A DNA stretch of 64,000 nucleotides from Myxococcota bacterium (GTDB lineage: Bacteria; Myxococcota_A; UBA796; JAJRTE01; JBJTQF01): assembly GCA_046075485.1 (NCBI GenBank), contig JBJTQF010000024.1, forward strand, positions 2,197 to 66,196. The letters run 5' to 3'. Shown here one piece after another: positions 51,041 through 58,987 of this stretch. Both the position numbers and the translations under genes were made by a program. A model generated the notes under the pieces. The model did not search any database and was not told the origin of the DNA. It was given only the letters and a program-made list of their open reading frames with translations. Position 1 is the stretch's first letter. The number at the start of each line of letters is the position of its first letter.

Positions 51041-52338
51041 GCGAAAAGTCCGTCACCAAGACCATCAAGGTCGATTACCTCGCCCGTGTCGAGGGTGAAG
51101 GGGCGCTCCACATCGTGGTCAAACAAGGGCAGGTCGAAGACGTCCAGCTCAAGATCTTTGAGCCTCCCCGGTTTTTTGAGGCATTCCTGCGAGGGCGGCA
51201 ATTCACCGAAGCGCCGGACATCACCGCCCGCATCTGTGGCATCTGTCCGGTGGCCTACCAGATGAGTGCCGTACATGCGCTCGAGTCTCTCTGTGGGGTG
51301 CGCCTCGAGGGTCCACTGCGGGCCCTGCGTCGCCTGCTTTATTGTGGTGAGTGGATCGAGAGCCATGTGCTCCACGTTCATATGCTGCATGCCCCCGATT
51401 TTTTGGGCTTTGAGGACGCCATCCAGCTTGCAAAAGTGCATCCAGCGGTGGTCAAACGGGGGCTGGCCATTAAAAAAATCGGCAATGAGATCGTTCAAGC
51501 GGTCGGTGGCCGCGAAATTCACCCCATCAACGTCAAGGTAGGTGGATTTTATCGAGTCCCCACCCGCAGCGAGCTGGCCCCACTCCGCGAAAAGCTGGCC
51601 TGGGCCCTGGAGGAGGCGGAGGCTGTGGCCCGCTGGAGTGCCACCCTTCATTTTGCCGACTTTGAGCAAGATTATGAGTTTGTCGCCTTGCGCCATCCCG
51701 ACGAATATCCTTTTAATGAGGGGCGCGTGGTCTCCAATCGAGGGCTGGACATTCCAGTCACAGCGTATCCTGAGCATTTTACCGAGGTTCATCGGCCTCA
51801 CTCGACGGCTTTACACTCGGTCTTAGACGGTGAGCGGTCGTATTTTCTGGGACCACTCGCACGATGGGCGCTCAACTTTGACAAGCTCCCGGCGCGGATT
51901 CAGGCGCTGGCGGTGGCGTTGAAGGTCGAGCCTCCCGTGCTCAACCCCTTTAAGAGCATTGTGGTGCGGGCGCTGGAGACGGTTTTTGCGTTCGATGAGG
52001 CCATTCGCATCATCGATGCGTATGAGCGTCCGTCAGAACCGGCGGTGCCGGTGGAGCCTCGAGCGGGTGTGGGGCATGCCGCCACTGAAGCGCCTCGAGG
52101 CATGTTGTATCATCGTTATGAGCTGGCCGACGATGGGCGTATCCTGGATGCCCGCATCATTCCGCCCACCTCTCAAAATCAGGGACGGATTGAGCAGGAT
52201 CTGCGTGCGTTTGTCACCCCTCGCTGGAAATTGCCAAAAAAAGAGCTCACCTGGCAATGTGAGCAGGCGGTGCGCAACTACGATCCCTGCATTTCTTGCT
52301 CCACCCACTTTTTGAACCTCACGATGGATGAACACTGA
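51037..52338 (+). CDS. hyhL: [NiFe]-hydrogenase large (alpha) subunit, group 3
   Basis: The L1 motif [10 protein letters not shown] is near the N-terminus. The L2 motif DPCISCSTH is at the C-terminus, followed by a short cleavable extension (FLNLTMDEH). Confidence 0.85.
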   Translation: MSEKSVTKTIKVDYLARVEGEGALHIVVKQGQVEDVQLKIFEPPRFFEAFLRGRQFTEAPDITARICGICPVAYQMSAVHALESLCGVRLEGPLRALRRLLYCGEWIESHVLHVHMLHAPDFLGFEDAIQLAKVHPAVVKRGLAIKKIGNEIVQAVGGREIHPINVKVGGFYRVPTRSELAPLREKLAWALEEAEAVARWSATLHFADFEQDYEFVALRHPDEYPFNEGRVVSNRGLDIPVTAYPEHFTEVHRPHSTALHSVLDGERSYFLGPLARWALNFDKLPARIQALAVALKVEPPVLNPFKSIVVRALETVFAFDEAIRIIDAYERPSEPAVPVEPRAGVGHAATEAPRGMLYHRYELADDGRILDARIIPPTSQNQGRIEQDLRAFVTPRWKLPKKELTWQCEQAVRNYDPCISCSTHFLNLTMDEH

Positions 52339-52365
52339 ACGATTTGGGTGCCGGGAGAGGCTGAG

Positions 52366-52845
52366 ATGGGTGCATTTTGGGTGGTGGGCCTGGGAAATCC
52401 GATGCGGCAGGATGATGGGCTGGGTCCGAGGGTGATCGAGCAGCTTCAGCGCCTGCGTCCTCACTGGCCGCTGAAGGTGATGCGGGGAGACGCGGCGGGC
52501 CTGCTGGAGCTGTTGCCCGGTCTCGAGGGGCTGGTGGTGATCGACGCCTTGATTTCCGGGACGGCACCGGGCACCTTGCTGGTGCGGGATTGTTCGACTC
52601 AGCCCCTTCCCACCACCCTCAAAGGGGCTTCCACCCATGCGCTGGGGGTCGCGGAGGCCCTCGAGCTGGCGCGTATGTTGGATCAGCTCCCGCCGGTGGT
52701 GTGGGTGTTTGGGGTGGAGGCGCTGTGGTCGGGGCATGGAGAAGGGCTCTCCCCTCCGGTGGAAGCTGCAATTCCGGCACTGTTGGATGCCCTGACCCAA
52801 CTGCTGGATCCATACTTCGGAGATGCACTCGACGCTGTGCGCTGA
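52366..52845 (+). CDS. Hydrogenase maturation endopeptidase (HycI/HoxW-type)
   Basis: A GGGAGAGG sequence sits 5 nt before the ATG at 52366. The motif is FWVVGLGNPMRQDDGLGPRVIEQL, typical of large-subunit C-terminal processing proteases. Confidence 0.75.
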   Translation: MGAFWVVGLGNPMRQDDGLGPRVIEQLQRLRPHWPLKVMRGDAAGLLELLPGLEGLVVIDALISGTAPGTLLVRDCSTQPLPTTLKGASTHALGVAEALELARMLDQLPPVVWVFGVEALWSGHGEGLSPPVEAAIPALLDALTQLLDPYFGDALDAVR

Positions 52846-52976
52846 TGGGCGTCGTTTACGCCGTGAGTGCCTGTTTTTCAAGAGCTTTTTTGTCACGAGC
52901 TTGAGCTGTTAAAGATGTCTGAGGACACCAGGGCAGCGGTTCCCTCCGCTGAAGCCCTCACGAGAAGGAGCTGATT

Positions 52977-53252
52977 TTGCACGAGCATGCCTTGATCAAC
53001 GATCTCTTTCGGAAGATCAACACCACGGCGGAGCAACATCGGGCAACCCGGGTGCGTAAGGTCTCGGTCTGGCTGGGGGCGCTCTGTCACATCTCCCCGG
53101 AGCACTTCCGCGAGCACTTCGAGCACACCGCGCCGGAGACTCGAGCCGCTGGCGCTCAGCTCGAGCTGGAGGTGAGTGACGACCTGCATCATCCCAACGC
53201 GCAGCAGCTCTATCTGACCTCGCTGGAGCTGGACATTCCCGACGGCATATGA
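52977..53252 (+). CDS. hypA: HypA-like nickel-metallochaperone lacking the C-terminal zinc-finger domain. It has a TTG start.
   Basis: An AAGGAG RBS sits 6 nt before the TTG at 52977. The N-terminus MHEHALINDLFRKINTTAEQHRATRVRKVSVWLGAL matches the HypA MHE Ni-binding N-terminus and first helix. The 91-aa product contains no CxxC...CxxC motif. Its stop overlaps the hypF start (ATGA). Confidence 0.5.
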   Translation: MHEHALINDLFRKINTTAEQHRATRVRKVSVWLGALCHISPEHFREHFEHTAPETRAAGAQLELEVSDDLHHPNAQQLYLTSLELDIPDGI

Positions 53253-55687
53253 CAGCAGCCGTCCGATTTCGCCTGAGCTTTGAAGGGCTGGTGCAGGGGG
53301 TGGGATTTCGTCCTTTGGTGGCGCGGCTGGCGCAGGCGCAAGGACTGGGGGGGGAGGTCTACAACCTCGGCGCGCGTGTGAGGCTGGAGCTGGAAGGCCC
53401 GCCCGGTTTTTTGCCTGCTTTTTTGGAGCAGCTCGAGCAGCAGCTTCCGCCGCTGGGGTCTCGGCGTGTTCCGACGGTGGAGCCGATGCAGGTGCAGGAT
53501 CAGCGGTCCTTTTTGATCTTGCCCAGCCAGATGGAAAGTGGAGGATTGCCGCAGTCGCTGCCGGATCTTGCCCCGTGTCCTGCTTGCCTAGACGAAGTGC
53601 TGAGTCCAACCGGTCGCCGTTCCGGCTATGTGTTTACCTCCTGTACTCGCTGTGGCCCCCGAGACTCGATTCAGAAGGCTCCGCCCTGGGATCGTGAGCG
53701 GACCAGTATGGTGGACTTTCCGCTCTGTGCCGCGTGTCTGAAAGAGTACACTCAGCCCTCAGATCGGCGTTTTCATGCGCAGACGCTCGCCTGTCCAGCC
53801 TGTGGACCGCAGCTCGAGGGCCATCTACCGGGGGGTGAGCGGGTGGGGCACGGTGAGCAGGCGTTTCAGCAGGCGCTGGAATACCTTCGGCGCGGCCAAG
53901 TGGTGGCGATGTTGGGGGTGGGAGGCTTTCAGCTCCTGGTGGATGCGCGCTCGGAAGAGGCGGTGATGACGCTGAGGCAGCGCAAACATCGTCCGCACAA
54001 ACCGTTGGCGGTGCTGGTGGCAGGGCTGGAGCAGGCGGAGCGGCTGGCCCGACTTTCGCCGCTCGAGCGGCAGCTCTTGGAGAGTCCGGCGGCGCCGATT
54101 GTCCTGGTACGGTCGGAGGAGACACTTGCCAAAAGGGTAAACATGCACTTGCCCTGGCTGGGAATGATGCTGCCCGCTTCGCCCCTCCATGCGCTCTTGG
54201 TGCGGGATTTTGGTGGGCCGCTGGTGGTGACCTCGGGCAATCGTGCGGGAGAGCCGCTCTGCCTGACGCTGTCCGAGGCGTTGGAAGCCCTGGGGGAGGT
54301 GGCGGACTTCTTCTTGAGCCACAATCGCCCCCTGCTGAGACCCCTGGATGACTCGGTTGTCCAGGTGGTATTGGGAGCGTCAGGCTCGGAGCAGGCTCAG
54401 TGGCTGCGGCGAGGGCGAGGGGCTTCTCCCTGGACGATGGAGGTGCCAGCGTCCGTGTGGGGCGGGTGCGGGACTCAAAAGTCCAGTGTCGAAGGAAATT
54501 TGGACGCCATGCGCATGGCTCAGCGGGGGATGCTGGCGCTGGGAGGGCAGCTTAAAGCGGCTCCAGCAGTGCTGAGCGGGGACGGCGTGGCTGCACCGCT
54601 GCTCCAGCTTGGGCCGCATGTGGGGGAGCTGAGCACAGAAAAAGCCCTCCAGCGGCATCTCGAGGGGGCGAGAGAGCTGCTCGAGCGTCACGGGGTGAAC
54701 GATCCGGTGGTGCTGGAGGACGCCCATCCAGAGGCGGCAACAGCGGCGACGGTGAAGGGGCTGGGGACGACCTCCCGGCGCTGTGGACATCATGAGGCCC
54801 ATGCTCGAGCGGCGATGCTGGAGGCACAGTGCTCGGAGGCGCTGGCCCTGGTGCTGGATGGTGCCGGATATGGGCTCGACGGCACCCTCTGGGGGGGAGA
54901 GCTGTTGCAGGTAACGCGAGCGGATTGTGTGCGGCGAGGCCAGCTCCGTCCCTATTATCTGGTGGGGGGCGCTCTTGCCTTTCGCCAGCCCTGGCGTTGC
55001 CTTCTGGGTGTGTGGGGAATGGAGGCGAGACGGGAGCAGCTTCCCGCGTGGGTGCGCGCTCGCTTGCCCGCTCAGGCGGAGGCGCTCGAGAAGCTGGGTC
55101 AGCAGCCCGCTCATCGGCTGGAGACCTCGAGTGCAGGACGGCTCTTCGACGCGGTCGCGGCGCTGCTGGGGTTTGAAGGCACTCAAACCTACGAAGGACA
55201 CGCGGCTTTGTGGCTGGAGGGTCTGGCGACACAGGCGCTCGAACGGTCACGACCGTCGGAAGGGGGCTCGGAAGAGCGGTGGGTGTTGCCACGGGTGCTC
55301 GAGCGCGGTCACGGCGGGTTGTGGCTGGACCCCTTTCCGGTTATGCAGGGAATGGCGCAGGTGCTCGAGCAGATCAACTATTCCAAAACGCTGACAAGTG
55401 ATTGCCAAATATCCGCCGAAGTGGGAAGGCTGGCACTTCATTTTCATCAGGCGCTGGCGCAGGGGCTGGTGTGGCTGGTGGAAAAGGCGCAAGAGACGGA
55501 GGCGAAGAAGCTGCCGGTCCTGCTGACGGGGGGATGTTTTCAGAACCGGCTGCTGTTGGCGTTCACCCGGCAGGGTTTGGAACAGCGCGGCTGGCGGGTG
55601 CAGGTGCCGCAACAAGTGCCACTCAACGACGGCGGTTTGGCGGTGGGTCAGCTCATGGCGGCCCTTCACGGGCGAGCTCTGGGTTGA
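53249..55687 (+). CDS. hypF: [NiFe]-hydrogenase maturation carbamoyltransferase HypF
   Basis: The acylphosphatase N-terminus is FEGLVQGVGFRPLV. There are two Zn-finger motifs (CPACLDEV...CTRCGPR and CAACLKEY...CPACGPQ). YrdC-like and Kae1/YgjD-like domains follow. 812 aa. Confidence 0.9.
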   Translation: MTAAVRFRLSFEGLVQGVGFRPLVARLAQAQGLGGEVYNLGARVRLELEGPPGFLPAFLEQLEQQLPPLGSRRVPTVEPMQVQDQRSFLILPSQMESGGLPQSLPDLAPCPACLDEVLSPTGRRSGYVFTSCTRCGPRDSIQKAPPWDRERTSMVDFPLCAACLKEYTQPSDRRFHAQTLACPACGPQLEGHLPGGERVGHGEQAFQQALEYLRRGQVVAMLGVGGFQLLVDARSEEAVMTLRQRKHRPHKPLAVLVAGLEQAERLARLSPLERQLLESPAAPIVLVRSEETLAKRVNMHLPWLGMMLPASPLHALLVRDFGGPLVVTSGNRAGEPLCLTLSEALEALGEVADFFLSHNRPLLRPLDDSVVQVVLGASGSEQAQWLRRGRGASPWTMEVPASVWGGCGTQKSSVEGNLDAMRMAQRGMLALGGQLKAAPAVLSGDGVAAPLLQLGPHVGELSTEKALQRHLEGARELLERHGVNDPVVLEDAHPEAATAATVKGLGTTSRRCGHHEAHARAAMLEAQCSEALALVLDGAGYGLDGTLWGGELLQVTRADCVRRGQLRPYYLVGGALAFRQPWRCLLGVWGMEARREQLPAWVRARLPAQAEALEKLGQQPAHRLETSSAGRLFDAVAALLGFEGTQTYEGHAALWLEGLATQALERSRPSEGGSEERWVLPRVLERGHGGLWLDPFPVMQGMAQVLEQINYSKTLTSDCQISAEVGRLALHFHQALAQGLVWLVEKAQETEAKKLPVLLTGGCFQNRLLLAFTRQGLEQRGWRVQVPQQVPLNDGGLAVGQLMAALHGRALG

Positions 55688-55741
55688 GTGGACCACTTTT
55701 CTCGCCGGAGTCTTCAGCGCGACAAAACAGGAGATAAACCC

Positions 55742-56077
55742 ATGTGTCTGGCTGTCCCAGGTAGTGTTGAAGCCTTGCTCGATCAAGATCCGATGATGCG
55801 GCGGGCGCGGGTGCGCTTTGGAGCCCTCACCCGGGAGGTCTCCCTGGCCTTTGTCCCCGAGGCGGAGGTCGGTGATTTTGTGGTGGTGCATGCTGGTTTT
55901 GCCATCAGCCGCTTAGATCCGCTGGAAGCAGCGCGGGTTTTTGAGGCCCTCGATGCGCTGGGCGCGCTGGAGGAGGTACAAAATCCTGCTGAGGCGGAAG
56001 TTTGTCCTGTGTCGCCGGATAAATCTGCCTCCTCACCGTCTGAGACGCTCCCACCTTCCCCGGAGTGTGGCCGATGA
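55742..56077 (+). CDS. hypC: Hydrogenase maturation factor HypC
   Basis: A GGAGA sequence sits 7 nt before the ATG at 55742. The HypC-diagnostic N-terminus MCLAVPGSV is present. The product has an unusually long Ser/Pro-rich C-terminal tail. Its stop overlaps the hypD start (ATGA). Confidence 0.7.
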   Translation: MCLAVPGSVEALLDQDPMMRRARVRFGALTREVSLAFVPEAEVGDFVVVHAGFAISRLDPLEAARVFEALDALGALEEVQNPAEAEVCPVSPDKSASSPSETLPPSPECGR

Positions 56078-57156
56078 AATATCAGCAAGAATACCGTGAT
56101 CCCGGCGCCATTCGCCGACTGGCGCAGGCCCTCGAGCGCCTCTGCACCCGTCCACACACCATCATGGAGGTCTGCGGCGGACAGACCCATGCGTTTCTGC
56201 GGTTTGGATTGGAGCAGCTCCTGCCCTCGTCGCTGGAGCTGGTGCATGGTCCGGGGTGTCCAGTTTGTGTGACACCGGAGTCACGCATCGACGAAGCGGT
56301 GGCCCTGGCCCTGACACCGGGTGTTCTGCTCTGTACCTTTGGGGATATGTTGCGCGTGCCGGGTTCTTCCTGGAGTCTCGCGCAAGCGCGCGCGCGAGGG
56401 GCTCAAATCCAAGCGGTGTATTCGCCTCTGGATGTGCTCGCGGTGGCCGCAGCTCAACCGGAGCGGCAGGTGGTCTTCTTTGGAGTGGGTTTTGAGACCA
56501 CAGCCCCTGCGGTGGCGATGCTGGCCTATCAAGCCAAACGGCAGCGGCTTCAAAATCTGTCGTTGCTGCTGGCCCATGTCTTGGTGCCCCCGGCGATGGA
56601 AGCGGTGATGGCATCGCCGGACTGTCGCGTGCAAGCATTTTTGGCAGCAGGCCATGTCTGCGCCGTCATGGGCATAACGCCTTATCAGCCACTGGTAGAT
56701 AAGTATCGTGTGCCGGTGGTGGTGACTGGCTTTGAGCCGCTGGATCTGCTGGAGGGGCTCCGCCGCTGTGTTTTACAGCTCGAGCAGGGCAGGGCAGAAG
56801 TGGAGAACGCCTATGCGCGGGTGGTGCCGACCCACGGCAATCCGGTGGCACAAAAGCTGTTGCTTGAAGTGTTTGAAGTCACCCCTCGAACGTGGCGCGG
56901 TTTTGGGGAGCTGCCCGCCAGTGGACTGGAGCTCTCCGCCGCCTATGCGGAGCTCGATGCCCGCCGACGATTTGAAATTCCCCCCACTCAGGAGCCGCTG
57001 GATCGAGGCTGTCTCAGCGCCCTCGTCCTGCAAGGTCGGAAAAAGCCTCCCGAATGTCCCCATTTTGGCCAGACCTGTACCCCCGATCATCCCCTGGGGG
57101 CCACGATGGTCAGCGCCGAGGGTGCTTGTGCGGCCTATCTTCACTATCGGGTGTAG
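56074..57156 (+). CDS. hypD: Hydrogenase maturation factor HypD
   Basis: The N-terminus [16 protein letters not shown] is HypD-like (cf. MKYVDEFRDP). Motifs are [16 protein letters not shown] and CPHFGQ..C. Confidence 0.85.
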   Translation: MKYQQEYRDPGAIRRLAQALERLCTRPHTIMEVCGGQTHAFLRFGLEQLLPSSLELVHGPGCPVCVTPESRIDEAVALALTPGVLLCTFGDMLRVPGSSWSLAQARARGAQIQAVYSPLDVLAVAAAQPERQVVFFGVGFETTAPAVAMLAYQAKRQRLQNLSLLLAHVLVPPAMEAVMASPDCRVQAFLAAGHVCAVMGITPYQPLVDKYRVPVVVTGFEPLDLLEGLRRCVLQLEQGRAEVENAYARVVPTHGNPVAQKLLLEVFEVTPRTWRGFGELPASGLELSAAYAELDARRRFEIPPTQEPLDRGCLSALVLQGRKKPPECPHFGQTCTPDHPLGATMVSAEGACAAYLHYRV

Positions 57157-57162
57157 AGCACA

Positions 57163-58545
57163 CTACTTGTCTTCTTGGGCGCGTAAGAAGGTCATCACCT
57201 GCTCAGCGGTCTCATAGGCGTCTTTGACCTGCTCGTTGAGTCCGATCCCCCGATACGAGCCCCCCGTAAAAAAGAGCTGCGGGTGAAGCAGCCGGGTCTG
57301 CTCGAGCTGTACCAGTCGCTCCGGATGCCCCAGCTCATACTGGTGAAAGTTCAAGCGGTGCAGATGTTGCAGCGAAGGCTTGCCAAAAATGCCCATAACA
57401 TTTGCCAGCTCGTTCCAGCCCAGGCTCAGCAGCTCCTCGTCGGAGCGTTGCAGCCGTTCCTCCTCGCCCCCCCCACCGATGAAGACCCGCACCAGCCCAT
57501 GTCCTTCGGGGACTGAACCGGGAAAGAGCTGATGCAACAACACCGCCATGCGTACCGGCGAGCGTGTCCCTCTGGGAGCGGCAAACCCAGAGATGCGCTG
57601 AGGCTCCTTGAGCTGTTTGAGGGGAAACAGATAGTGCATCGAGGCCACCGACGCCGTCCGAAAGGTCGTCAGAAGCTGCGCCAAGCCTGGATCAAGCGCC
57701 CGGACCACCTCACCCGCCTGAGCAGCAGGCAAGGCCATCACCACCGCATCCGCCTGATCTTCGGCACCTGAATCCGCGTGGAGCCGGAGGGCACCCGCTT
57801 GCCCTCCCACCCGCGAGAGCAGCGGCACCTTGTCGAACACCCGCCGCTGGAGCTGAGGTTGATCCAACAACGCCGTTCGCCACTGCCCCATCCCTCCCTC
57901 AAGGGCGAGGTAAGCCAGCCGTTTTTGATTGCCAGCCTCGAGGCGAGACTTGAGCACGCCCTGGACCAGGCTTCCTTCTGAACGCTCGCGGGCGACCAAA
58001 CGGGGGAAGGCACCGGCGGCGCTCAACCGAGCGGGATCCCCAAAAAACATAGTGCCCGCCAGAAGCTCCGCCCCGAGGGTTCCCGCCTCTTCTCCCACCC
58101 GTCGCGTGAGAAAAGCCAGCAGCGACTCATCGGCCCCCCCTTTTCGCACCCCGATCAGCGGCTCCTGAAGCACCCGCAAGCGTGCGCGGGTAGAGACCAG
58201 GGGTGAGCTGAGCAATGCCGAGGGGGAAGAAGGCAGCCGCTCAAGGTTTCCTTTATGCAGAATGGCTTGAGGCCCCGCCTCGGGAGACGCCGACATCAGC
58301 TTATGCTCCAGGCGTAGGCGCTGGAGCTGCGCGCGCGTGTGAGGCGCTCCATCAAAAAAGCCATTGGGACCATGCTCAAGCACCACCTCCCCGAGCTGCT
58401 CGCTGGCCAGCTCAGAGGGGGGTGCATGCGCTGTGTCCATCACCTTGAGGGTGAGCCCTCGGCGCAGCTCTACGGCACGTTGAAGCAGGTAAAACGCGGT
58501 CGAGAGACCAGCCAAGCCGGAGCCAAAGACCAAAACAGTCGCCAT
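57163..58545 (-). CDS. FAD-dependent oxidoreductase of the protoporphyrinogen/coproporphyrinogen oxidase (HemY-like, amine-oxidase) family
   Basis: The dinucleotide-binding N-terminus is MATVLVFGSGLAGLSTAFYL, and the overall length is PPO-like. The assignment is by family-level resemblance only. Confidence 0.5.
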   Translation of the reverse strand: MATVLVFGSGLAGLSTAFYLLQRAVELRRGLTLKVMDTAHAPPSELASEQLGEVVLEHGPNGFFDGAPHTRAQLQRLRLEHKLMSASPEAGPQAILHKGNLERLPSSPSALLSSPLVSTRARLRVLQEPLIGVRKGGADESLLAFLTRRVGEEAGTLGAELLAGTMFFGDPARLSAAGAFPRLVARERSEGSLVQGVLKSRLEAGNQKRLAYLALEGGMGQWRTALLDQPQLQRRVFDKVPLLSRVGGQAGALRLHADSGAEDQADAVVMALPAAQAGEVVRALDPGLAQLLTTFRTASVASMHYLFPLKQLKEPQRISGFAAPRGTRSPVRMAVLLHQLFPGSVPEGHGLVRVFIGGGGEEERLQRSDEELLSLGWNELANVMGIFGKPSLQHLHRLNFHQYELGHPERLVQLEQTRLLHPQLFFTGGSYRGIGLNEQVKDAYETAEQVMTFLRAQEDK

Positions 58546-58987
58546 TCCGCCTCCCACGATCACAAGGGTGCATCCGAGTGGATGCATGAGGGAGAAATGT
58601 AGAGAGAAGTGCGGGGGTTTTCAACCCCGAAACGTGGAAAACCCAGACATCGACGGATCCCCTCGTCCGTGATGGAGCGGGGCGTCTACACAAGGCTCCA
58701 AAGGGAGAAGAGTAGAAGAGGGCAACACCCTCCAGCGGGTGTAAAAAAGGGGAGGATCTTGAGCCAAACAATAGAGCCAAATAATGGAGTCAAGAGAGAA
58801 AAAACTGCCCGGTCTGAATCGAGGGGGACGGGGAGACTGTGGCATCAGAAAAGTGTGCCAAAGCTGGCATGAGCGATTGAGAGCAGCGGTGGAAGATCCA
58901 AAAAAGAGTTGCGGAGGAGACGTGGGCATGTTAGCCTGATAACGTGGAGGATTGTGTATAAATGCGCAAAAAAAGAGGTGAGGTCCA

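Noticed and set aside
52893-53609. 238-aa minus-strand ORF overlapping hypA and hypF
   Set aside because: It is opposite strongly supported hyp genes that show ATGA translational coupling. Its Ala/Pro/Arg-rich composition is typical of an antisense frame in high-GC DNA.
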